64,000 bases of DNA from Paraspadella gotoi (taxonomy: Eukaryota > Animalia > Chaetognatha): contig CM119270.1 in assembly GCA_051294375.1 (NCBI GenBank), forward strand, positions 19,378,380 through 19,442,379. Reading direction: 5' to 3'. Position 1 is the first letter of the stretch. The number at the start of each line of letters is the position of its first letter. The notes beneath the pieces are model-generated. The model searched no databases. It saw only the letters and a list, made by a program, of their open reading frames with translations, and was not told the origin of the DNA. This document shows positions 26,775 to 37,165 of this stretch, in pieces. The position numbers and the translations under genes are program-made.

Positions 26775-29700
26775 CACCCAACAGAGTCATGAAGAGGATG
26801 GCGAGAGAGAAGACGTCGTTCGCCGGTAGATGTCTCGGGCGACTCGACGACAGAATTTCCGGCGCAGAGAAGAACATGAGATCCCGCCGTCGCTCCTTTC
26901 GCTCCACGATGTACTTGAGGATGTTGACGACAGAGTCCGGCTAAGAATGGAATCCGGAGATTGATTGGTTGATTAATTGATTGTTTGATTGATTCCTGCC
27001 TTCTTTTACTAATGTTATTTCTATTTAATTGTAATCCTGATTCAATCGTTCATATATTCATAGATTCATTCAATCATTAATTGATTCATTCATTCATTAT
27101 TTCCTTATTTCATTCATTATTTCATGATTGGATTCATTCATTATTTCATTCATTCATTTATTCATTCTGCATTCTTTCATTTATACATTCTGAATCCATA
27201 TTGATCATAGACTTATTGATTCATTCAATTATTAATTCAATCATTGATTTATTCATTAGTTATTTCTTTATTTTATTAATGTTTTTAATTTTTAATTCAT
27301 TCATCCATTCATTCCATCCATTCATTCATTCCATGCCTTCCATCACCCTTCTCACCTCGTCCCCAACTCTCACGGCCAAAGAGAATCCCCCGATCTTCAG
27401 CGCCAAAGGTTTCTGCTTCAGACAAACGCTCATGTTGTCCGGCGTCAGCGCTCGATGGACGACGCCGCCCGCGTGGAGAAAAGCGACGCCGTCCGCCGCC
27501 TGACGCAAGATGGCGCCGATTTTCGCGGAGGAAACGGCGCCGTAAGCGGACTTTTGACCGCGGACGAAATCGAGAAGAGTGATGCGCTGAATTAGGAAGA
27601 TGGAGGGACCGATGATTGATTGATTGATTGATTGTTTGTTTAACAAAAAGATTGGGGAATGATTGATTGACTGAATGATCGATAGATAGAATGATTGATT
27701 GACGGAATTACAGAATTGCCTCATAAAAAAAGTTTAAATAAATAAAATGCTGATTTAACTGAATGATTGAGCCATTGATTAAGTCATTCATTGATTGCTT
27801 AAATGATTGATCGGCTTGATCATTGATTGATTATTTGATTGATTCTATTACCTGTTCGAAGTCGTCAAATACCGCGAACCATCTTCCCGAGTTGAGGACA
27901 GAGTCGACGGCGTGGTGGAAGGAAGGATGTCCGGACGCCAGACGGAGAAGTTCGTACTCTTTCAGGTCGGGTCGGGTTTCGGGAGATGACTGACGAGAAA
28001 AGGGGTTGAATTTAATTTGTATATATATGTGAACATGGTACAACTAAAATATGACTTATCAATTCATTCAATAAATAAGCTCCTTTGCTTCCTACTTGAT
28101 GTAAGGCATCAATCCTTCTTGCAAGACACAGCAAGCTTTCACTCTTTTACCCTCTAAATTCAGTTTAAAGTATTATAATATTCTTGGATATAAGGATAAC
28201 TTTCTTAAGTATTAGATCACTAAACATTTCTGCATAATAATTAATAAGAACAAGTCTTTGCGAGATAACTTTGGACGCAAAACTTCAACTGTCTTGACCT
28301 CCACCGATTGGAAAACCCTCACCAAGCACGCCTGGGCGATCTCCTTCAACACGACCGTCTTCCTTGGCGCGCTGCCCACGACGTATCCCTTAAAGAGTTT
28401 GGCGGAATTGAACATCGGGAAGGCTTTGGCGTAGTCGGGTTTCGAGGCGGCGGGGCGAGGGGAAGGGGGCGGGAGGTCGCTTCGATCAGAGCCTGAGATG
28501 GAGTGGACACCTGAGCGGATGGAGAGAGAGACGCTCACAGACAGAGACAGAGATAGAAAGATAGAGACAGAGAAGAATATAGAAAAAGATTTTTGTATTG
28601 CTATTTGCTACAATACAAAAAAATACAATTACATTCTTAATTATTTAATGAATATTTTATTATTTTTAACAGAAAGCTTTAAATTTTTTAGGGCCTCGCC
28701 TTAATCTTAATTGGGTAATTATTTTTTTTTTCTCCACTAAATGTAATCGGATTTTTTTTTTATCGATCTTATTTCGAGTGGTTAAAGTACAGCACAGAAA
28801 ACGCGTTTTACAACTTTGGCAAATAATTTGTCAAGAACCGGCTGATCAAAAAATGAAGGGAAACAGCATACAGTTAAATTGACGCTGGCCGACATTGACC
28901 GTTTTATCCTTATCCTAAATTAAATTAAACTGAATTCCCTCTCGACTCACCAGAATCTCTTCTGTAGTCCTTTTCATTTGTCTGACCGGCGCGGAGAGAC
29001 GCGAACGGCGTTGAGTCGTTGCTAGGCAACGCGGCGTCGCTGGGCGATGCGGCGTTGTTAGGCGACGCAGCGTTGCTGGGCAAGGCGTTGTTGCTTGATG
29101 ACGCGGCATTGCTGGGCGATGTGACGCTACTCGGTGATGCAACTTTGCTTAACGCCGCAGCATTGCTGCGTAAGGCATTGTGGCTAGGCGACTCGACGTT
29201 GCTAGGAGATCCGTTTTTGCTAGCCGATGATAAGATGCTTGATGACGCGACTTTGCTCGGTAAAGCATCGTTGCTAGGCGATGTGGCGTTGTGGATAGGT
29301 TCCGCGGCTTTGCTACGCGATGCGGCGTTGCTAGGTGAGGCATAGTTGCTCAGCGATGGGCCATTGGTTGCCAAGTTAGTTTTACTATGCAACATAACTT
29401 TACTAGATGACGTGACTTTGCTAGGAGACACGCTGTTACTAGTTGATGCCGAATTGATTGATGGAATGGCATTGCTAGGATGCATTGCACTGTCTGGCGA
29501 TTCGGAACCGCTAGGTGATGATGCTTTGCTTGGTAAAGCATCATTGATTGATGGCGCGACATCGCTTGGTGTTGCAGCATTGGTAGGTGAATCGGCGTTG
29601 TTTGGTGATGTAGAGTTACTGGATGACGCAGAATTCCCTGGAGATGCTGCAATAATCTGTTTTGTAGCGTTGCTAGGTGGTAGATGGTTGCTCGGTACAG

Positions 29701-32700
29701 TGATATTTCGTGATGGAACTAAACTTCTGGGCAACGCAGTCTCACTTGGCAAATTGTTTTTGCTGTTCGATTCCGGGTTGACAGAGGTTAGATCGCTGCT
29801 TGGTGATGAAACATTAGTCAAGGCAGTATTGTTTGGTGATACAGGGTTTATAGATGATGGGGAACTGCTTGGTGATAAAACCTTGCAAGGCAACAGAGTA
29901 TCACTATGCTGGGTGGTGTTGCTCGGTGATGCGGGGTTGACAGATGATGGGGAAATGCTCGTTGATGCAGATTTGTCAGGTGACCCATTACTATTAGATA
30001 AAGTGGAGTTAACAGGGACTTCTGGGTCAATAGATGTTGGCACATGGCTTGGGGATGATGAAGGACTGACAGATGATTCTGCAATACTTGGTGATTCAGC
30101 TTTGCTTTGAAAGGCTTCAATTCTGGGCGATACATCCATGCTTGGTAACATGGAACTGTCAGATAAAGAATAATTACTTTTCAATGGTGCATTGCTTGGT
30201 GACAATGCATCAGTGGATGATGCAGTATCACTTGATGATAAAATAATTTGAGGAGATACGTCATTGCTAGGAGATGCAGCGTTGTATGGTGTCGAGACTT
30301 TGCTAGATGGCGTTGAATCACGAGGCGACGAAGCTCTGGCATTATCAAGAGACCCAGGAAGTGGAAGAGTTGCCGGATTTTCTAGCGACTGTCTTCGAAT
30401 CTCCTTATATTTGTGGTAAGGGGACGATATTGGCCCAGCAATCGCCGCATAAGAGTTTTTCTTCGAGTATGACGGAAACATAGGAGAATTGGGATTCCAT
30501 ATCGGTTGATGATGAAGTTCCTTTTGCTTCGCTGTTGATATCGACAGAGCCGATCTCCATTGCGAGACATTTCCAATTGATTGATGGTATTGATGAGAAC
30601 TGAGATTTAACATTGATTGGTGCTGACTTTGTTTCAATTTAGCAGGAGGAGAAAAGAGTGACTCAGATATTCCTAGGGACCGGCGCTGTGGAAATAGGGG
30701 ATAAAACGTATCTTTAATGATGTATGACACTCAGTCATTACAAACTATTTAGGTTTTATAAACAAGTACCAAGTTTCATTTTCCCATGGTGTGTTGTTAC
30801 CTGATTTAGCTTTGCTGGAGGAGACATGAGATCTGCCAGTGACCGGCGGTAAGCCTCTTTGGTGATTGTCCCTTCAGTTGTCTGCTTCGTTCTGTAAGGA
30901 TCCAACTTGTCCCAGACACCAGACGAGGCTGTCAGCGCGACTGGCCTTGGCGATGGCGCCGCAACAAACCTCCTCATGCGGACGTTGGAACCCGAAGATG
31001 TCCGATCTCGTTCGGACGTCTCGCCAAATTCTTTTAGTGAAAGGTCTGATCTGAAATGAGAATAGTCAGGGTATGCGATAGTTTTTAAATCAGTGATTGT
31101 ACAGCATGACAAAACAATTTTCCATTTCTTTCCTTCTTATTTTACAAATGCTGGCAAATTTTTATAAAACAGATTTACAAATATAACAAAACTAACCTAG
31201 AATTTCCTGCTTGAGATGACATTCCCTGATATATTGCTTTCGGGCTCGCTCGCTCCTTTAGCGGTGACAACTTTTGATAGCGATGTACATAGTAGTCCTG
31301 AGAAAAAGGGGATTCATTGGGTTGACTTCCTCTATAAGCCGGTTCCAAAGCTGATCTATTATTGGCTGTGTGGATGGGCCGAATGTCGTAATTCCTAACG
31401 TTTATATTTTCTTCCTTCATTTTGGATTTTCCCACTGTTGGTCTCACCGCCGGCACAACAAGAACTCCTTCCCTAGTATTTTTCCGTTCACCCAATTTTT
31501 CTTTGGTTTCCTCATTTTCTTCAAGGTTATTTACTTTTTCTCTGGCAACAGGTTTTAAATTATAGTCTTTTTCATTGACTCTACTTTCCATCGGTTCATT
31601 TTTCTCCGACTTGGGATCAACCTGCTGAGCACTGTCGACCGGTTTCTCGACACTAAAATCTTTCTTTTGTTCAAATTTTTGAGTTTCGTTTATTTCGGTT
31701 ATTCCAGGTTTTTTAATCGTTGTCTCTAATTCATTATCATTCTTAACATTCTGCAAGTTTGTTTCTATTTCATTTGTCTTTTCATTTCCTTTTCCCGGTT
31801 TTACTTCCTCCCCTTTATCAGATCTGAATTCAAAGGGAGGCGGTTTTTCAATTTTGACAAGTTTAGCGATTTTATTTGGGGATTTTACTTCGTTGTTGCT
31901 TCGCTCTTGAATGTCTCCAAGTTTTGACGCGCCGCGCTTCGTTGGACTCTCAATCAGAGATTTCGGTCTGGGAGAGCTGCCTATTTTATGGATGAGGTTT
32001 TTCATGAAAGCTTTTGCAGAGTCACGATGTTCTTTCGTCTTTTTGTCTTTCGAATTCTTGACGTGTGGAACGTCCTTGACATCTTTAACATTCTCAACGC
32101 CTTTAACATCGTTACAATTAATACCATCATTCTCGGATATTGCGACCGGGCTTTTATTCTCTTTAAATATTTCCAAGCTACTGTGGTTTTTCTGAAAATC
32201 AACAACATCGCTCTTCTCAGTTTCATCCACAGCTAAAGTTCGATTCTCTTTATCATCAATAACACTTTTATCCATTTGTCCGTCCGTCCGTCGATCGGCG
32301 CTCATCTCCGAGATCGAGGGGAGGCCGACCTCATCCGCGATCGTCTCCATCGTCGCGACTCTGTCTCGCGACACCGAGCGCTTGTACGAAGCTAATTTCA
32401 CGATCCTCAAGTTTGAACCGGAAGTGATCGTCGCGGTTTTCGACGACGACGAAGACGACGACGAACCCGACGCCGCAGTCGACGACCACGAAGAATAAGT
32501 CACGGTGACGCCGCTCGCGTTTGAGGTAAAGGTGGCGCTTTCGGAGGATGAATTGGGTGAGTCGGCAGCAGCTGCTGTAGACGCTGTAGCAGTAGCGACA
32601 GAGCTGGTCGATTCCTGAGTGAAGACCTCGTCCATCGCCTTCCCATTCTCTACTACTCGTTCTCCCACAACTCCATTCCGTTCTCCTCCAACTCCAATCC

Positions 32701-35700
32701 GTTCTTCCTTCTCCGCGACCAACTTCCCCGAAGGATCCGACTTCCTGCTCGACATTCTCTGTGACAATCGTCTCGTCAAAGGCTTCAACTCGGCGGCGGC
32801 GTCCTTGGGGTCGTCGATCGCTTTGAAGCGAATCTTGCGGACGCAAGTGTGAAGATCGACAAGAACGCGTTTGGAGGTGGGGCGCATTAAAGGGCTCTGA
32901 TTGGTTGGGAGTTGAGGGCGGGAAGGAAGGGGATTGGGTTTGGAAATTGGAGTTTGGATAATGAAATTGTATTTATCAGTAAGTGTCTGCTAAAGATAAT
33001 TACTACTTAATTTAAAGATTAAACCAATTTAAAGTTATTTTGCTTTTAGTTATTTGTTTTCTCATATATTATTTAAAGTAGTGATTAACTCTGCTTCATT
33101 TAGTTTTGTATTATCTTAATATTTTAACTTTTTAACCGAATCACTAAATAAATAAATAAACACTAGATAATTATAAGGCTTCATTCAAAACCACCTGAAC
33201 GACTTTGAAATCAACTCACTTTAGAGATCATTTCGACAATGAGGTTCTGCAGATCAAAGGAGGCGTCAAAGAGGAGGTATTGCTTGATGGTGATGTCCCT
33301 GTGATCAATGAGGTATTCGCCAACTGAGAGATGTCGCCCCATGTGACTGATCATCGGGGCTTTGGTCTGGAGGTTGGGAAGTAGTTTTAATACTTTCATT
33401 ATATATTGAATGAGGTGAAATAATTTTTTTTTCTTTCTTTCTTTCTATCGTTTTTTTTTCTTTGTTTCTTTCTATGTTTCTTTCTTTCTTTCTCTTTCAA
33501 TCAGCAACCGGATGTTTTTAAAAAAAAACATTTTAAGTTTAAATTTATTCGGTATTTTTGTGCCGCAGGATCAAAATTTAAAAAATAAAATTCATAAATA
33601 TAAAAAAAATTTAAAAAAATTAAAAAGAAATAAAATTAAAGAAATATGTATAAAAGACAACAAATACCTAAGCTTACCCGACCTCCAGTCCTTACCTCTT
33701 CGTGGATTTTAACGTTTGGCTCCGCGATGAAGACGAAGATGAGACCCAAAGCGAAGACGTCAACTCGATCCGTGTAAGTCGTGTCGTGGGTCAGGGATTT
33801 GTAGACTTGCCAAACTTCAGGCGCCCAATAGCCCATAGTGCCGGCCACTAAGGAGGTGGGGTCGGGGTGGGGAAGTTTGGAGAGAGCGGGAGGTGAGTTT
33901 ATTACGGGTTAGGACATTGCCCCAGCTGATTCCCCGGTGGCTCATAGAGTAAAGCCATCAGCTTATGGTACCGGATTCAATATTAATCCCGAACCTGTCT
34001 CAGGGGAATCGGGAAGACGGCCGTAAACTGCCTCGGGGGCATAGCGACTCTCTCGAGCCTGGATCCGAGCTCAAGCCCGGTTCCATGCAATAGCAACTTC
34101 TTTCATTAATCTTTTTATAGACTGGGCTAATAACTGAAACCTCCCGCCGCGCCCTTCACCTTTTCCCTCCCCCCTCGACCTTACCCGTTGACATATTCAC
34201 TCTCTCGATCGATTCGTTTCCCAATACGATCTTTGCCGAAGACTTGACGAGTTTCGCGACGCCAAAGTCCCCGATTTTGAGACAAATGTCGAAGGGAGTC
34301 GAACCTTCCGTCACCAACACGTTTTCAGGCTGCGGAGTTTTTGGGTTAATTGATGTTATATAATGTGAAAATGAATATTAAGATTCAGTGAATGCTTAAT
34401 ATTGCTTATATTTGGAGGCTTGGGTTTAGTAAATATCGTTCTTTCAATTTTTCAATTTTTGTAACAAATCCTGGTTAAAGTCGCGATCTAACTAAACTTT
34501 TGGAAAGTCCACAACCAAGACGACGACAACAATAACAACAAATACAAAAAACAACAACTACGACGACAACAACAACCACAACAACAATAACATCAGTCAC
34601 CTTGAGATCTCTGTGAACGATGGACTTTGAGTGAATGTGTTCGACGGCGGAGGCCAACTGCGTCATCATCGATCGACAAAGTCTGAAATGTTTGTCTTTG
34701 TTTATTTTGACATCAAAACAAACACAAAAAAAATCATTTCCCCAATGAACCGTTGTTCATAATTTTACACTATATCAATAGTAAACATGTTAAAGAGTTT
34801 ATAATGATTTTTATCTGAATTGAGCCCTGACCTTATATTTTTTGGAAGGCTCAAATATCTGAATTTGAAGTTTAATTGAATGACTCCAATAATTTTGTTT
34901 AAAGCCTCTAATTGATTGAATTTTATACATTGAATTTGAATAACTGGTCTCTCATTGGTTAATAATAACTCGTAGATGTTTTGATTTTATTCTCAAAATG
35001 TGAATTCTCCTCTCATTGGTTGTTATAACGTTGTCCTTGTATATAAAAGGAGAGTAAATTCTTAATTTTTGGGAGATTCCTCTGAGACCATCAGGTATTA
35101 AATGATATTTGTGAAATGACTTGAATATGTTAATTTATTTTAAGCTTTCATATAGCTTTGATCTGTTGCTGCGTTTCAGCGCTGCTGCTGCTGCATCTTG
35201 GCTCTGTTGCTTCTGTCATGCTGATGCACGTCTCTCAATGATTATTGGATTTTGAATAATTCATAAAGTTATTATTTTACTTTTATCTTTTGATATATGG
35301 ATTGAGTTAATATTAAGTCAAGATTAAGCACTGCTCAAAAAATGTTCTCATCTGAAACAAACTCCCCCAAGGAATCTTCTTCCCGAACATATAAACTTTT
35401 TACAAATTAAACTTTTTAGGAACTCTACCGCAAGACTTTCCTACCCAAAACTCCTTTTCCTTAATTTCTCAATCTTTCTGCAATTCAATCCCCAATGCCC
35501 AAAATCCCCTTCCACACCTCCTAAATTTTTCCCTCCACAACCCGCAAATCGGGCCCCCTGTGGAAGACGATGCCGCGATCAGTTTACCGTCCGTTGCACC
35601 CAAGGTCCCGAACTTAGGATCGGGCTGTAGTCCGTCACTACAGGTGGGTGAGACGCCCCGTCCCGCTTTTACTTGTGTGAATCAGCAGGGCGCGAACCCG

Positions 35701-37039
35701 AGTCCTTTGGATCCGGCGCCATAGGTGCTGCTGATTCTCGGACGAGTAGCGGGGTATGAATTACTACCGCTACACCCCTCCACACCCCAACAACCTCCCT
35801 CCACAAACCTGTCGGAGAATGGTCGTCCGTTCTCCTCCAAATATTCGCCCTTAAAAGTGAATAGATTTCCCAACTCGCAATATTCCATGACGATGGAAAA
35901 GTTGAGTTGGTTGTCGTCGTCGTCTTCGTTTTCGAAACATTTGAAAATGTTGAGAATGTTCTCGTGATCTTGACACTTGCGTTGGGCTGAGAAAATGGGG
36001 AATAAATCAATCAATTAATCAATTTTTTAATCTTTCAATTATTATATTTCCTAAACATATCACTGAATAATCACTGATGAATAATCACTGATTAATCGGT
36101 CAATCCATCACAGTGTAATTTATATAACTTAATACATATATATATTAAGGCGGGCTAAAATTGAACACTTTGTATAACTTCTCGTTCTTTCAAAAATTCC
36201 TTTTTTCCTTCTATTACGAAATCGGTTTTCAAAGCAACTTTTTGAATTAGTTCATTGGGTTGTTGCACTGAAGCTTTTAAATATTTATTAATATATAACA
36301 AATGACAAAAAATTTTATAAAATATCTTTTAAAAACGGATTCCTATAGAGCTTAAAAAGTTAAATAAAAGTACTACAATTTTTTTTTTAAATTTTGACAA
36401 TAAATTGATTAAAAATATAAAAAAATTTAAATCATCATCATTGGCTGAATTTTATAGTTTTTTAAAATTTTTATCAATAAAACAAAAATTTAAAAAGTTG
36501 TATTAATAACCTTTATCTAACATTTGAAACTCTACCAGAATCTATTTAAAAAAAATTGAAAAATTAAGAAAAAATTTTAAACTTTATGTAGTAATAAATT
36601 AATCTTTTAATGATTCCGTGCGCTTATCGATAAGATAAATTTTAAAAACTATTTTTATTTTCATATTCTCTAACAGTCACTTAACCATTATTTATTTGAG
36701 AACTATTAGTTTTCAACCTGTTCCGGCCTAACATATATATCTCAATCTATCAATAAATTAATAAATCAGTACACCGATTTAATAATACTTCAATCAATCA
36801 CTGATTCAATCAATCATTCAAACCCACACCTTTCCCACCATACCCTCTATCTCGTTGCTGGCCCAGTCTATCTCTTGTTTCTGCAAGTTGATCTCCTTCA
36901 CGGCCACCATTCTCTCCACGCTGTGATCTTGAGCCAAGAAAACCGAACCGAAATTTCCTTCGCCCAGAATCTTGACGTTTTTGTAATTCGTGGCGTGACC
37001 GCGAATCGACGCGCGGCGCCACTGTTGCGTTCTATCCAT
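26255..37039 (-). CDS. 14-exon gene, ~1866 aa: N-terminal STK35/PDIK1L-like Ser/Thr kinase + long disordered SP-rich linker + C-terminal pseudokinase
   Basis: Manually spliced exons 37039-36844, 35986-35809, 34682-34601, 34329-34185, 33847-33696, 33366-33220, 32896-31197, 31050-30801, 30685-28951, 28510-28323, 27989-27852, 27586-27356, 26940-26778, 26550-26255. All introns GT-AG, phases match, total 5601 nt ending in TAG. Motifs GEGNFG, VAVK, HRDLKPEN, DFG, YWAPE, DVFALG. YWAPEVW..YT..DVFALG..VGEYL..EMISKSP..RP resembles STK35/PDIK1L from memory, not from a search. Confidence 0.88.
26778..26940 (-). CDS. kinase gene exon 13 (APE, DVFSLA)
   Basis: acceptor ttcttag; FFSAPEIL...NDVFSLAILF; donor G|GTGGGT. 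Confidence 0.87.
27356..27586 (-). CDS. kinase gene exon 12 (degenerate catalytic loop HRALTPDN, GFS)
   Basis: acceptor cctaattcag; GVAFLHAGGVVHRALTPDN...LKIGGFS; donor GAG|GTGAGA. Confidence 0.88.
27852..27989 (-). CDS. kinase gene exon 11
   Basis: acceptor ttttctcgtcag; LKEYELLRLASGHPSFHHAVDS...WFAVFD; donor CAG|GTAATA. Confidence 0.85.
28323..28510 (-). CDS. kinase gene exon 10 (start of pseudokinase, VVLKE)
   Basis: acceptor ctctccatccgctcag (in-frame alternative acceptor at 28492); donor TTG|GTGAGG. Confidence 0.8.
28951..30685 (-). CDS. kinase gene exon 9 (Ser/Pro/Asn-rich hexapeptide repeats)
   Basis: acceptor ttccacag; 1735-nt open frame; donor G|GTGAGT. Confidence 0.85.
30801..31050 (-). 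CDS. kinase gene exon 8
   Basis: acceptor catttcag, phase 2 gives R-SDLSLKEF...SPPAKLNQ; donor CAG|GTAACA. Confidence 0.82.
31197..32896 (-). CDS. kinase gene exon 7 (end of kinase domain + Ser/Lys/Glu-rich linker)
   Basis: acceptor aatcag; SPLMRP supplies the subdomain XI Arg; 1700-nt open frame; donor AG|GTTAGT. Confidence 0.87.
33220..33366 (-). CDS. kinase gene exon 6
   Basis: acceptor ctccag; TKAPMISHMGRHLSVGEYL...LIVEMISK; donor AAA|GTGAGT. Confidence 0.88.
33696..33847 (-). CDS. kinase gene exon 5 (APE, DVFALG)
   Basis: acceptor ccttag; VAGTMGYWAPEVWQ...YTDRVDVFALGLIF; donor GAG|GTAAGG. Confidence 0.93.
33912..34095 (+). mobile_element. tRNA-derived SINE, copy 2 (in kinase intron 4, antisense)
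   Basis: cccggtggctcatagagtaaagccat...ggtaccggattcaat...gacggccgtaa...gggggcat...gttccatg shared with copy 1. Confidence 0.7.
34185..34329 (-). CDS. kinase gene exon 4 (DFG)
   Basis: acceptor ccgcag; PENVLVTEGSTPFDICLKIGDFGVAKLV...NMST; donor G|GTAAGG; absent from the ORF track. Confidence 0.93.
34601..34682 (-). CDS. kinase gene exon 3 (HRDLK)
   Basis: acceptor catttcag; LCRSMMTQLASAVEHIHSKSIVHRDLK; donor AAG|GTGACT. Confidence 0.93.
35541..35778 (-). mobile_element. GC-rich structured element in kinase intron 2 (SINE-like or ncRNA)
   Basis: B-box-like GGGTTCGCGCCC; stems GAATCAGCAG/CTGCTGATTC, CTGTAGT/ACTACAG, CCCGA/TCGGG; ccctccaca on both sides. Confidence 0.45.
35809..35986 (-). CDS. 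kinase gene exon 2
   Basis: acceptor ttttctcag; HENILNIF...SIVMEYCELGNL; donor AG|GTTTGT, phase 2. Confidence 0.92.
36844..37039 (-). CDS. kinase gene exon 1 (Gly loop, VAVK, helix C)
   Basis: ATG 37039; MDRTQ...LGEGNFGSVFLA...VAVKEI...NEIE; donor G|GTATGG, phase 1. Confidence 0.92.
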
Positions 37040-37119
37040 GACGTCGTGGTTCCCGGTTTTTATTTTAGTTAAATCTCAGTTTGTATTTTGTGCGATCAGG
37101 GAGGAGGAGGTGGTTGCAT

Positions 37120-37165
37120 CCCGGAACCGGAACTTCCGCGTCCGCATGACGTGGCGGGTTGGGGG
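37120..37165 (-). promoter_or_regulatory. putative TATA-less proximal promoter of kinase gene
   Basis: About 80-125 nt upstream of the ATG, minus strand reads CCCGCC (GC box), CCACGTCA (CRE/ATF-like), CGGAAGT (ETS) and tandem TTCCGG. Confidence 0.45.

Noticed and set aside
29019-30110. Plus-strand LLGDAA-repeat ORFs
   Set aside because: Antisense shadow of the SPSNAA repeat in kinase exon 9.
33677-33695. Alternative in-frame donor (GG|GTAAGC) 18 nt after exon 5
   Set aside because: Possible but unsupported; the proximal GAG|GTAAGG donor is strong and this site lies in the intron-end stem.
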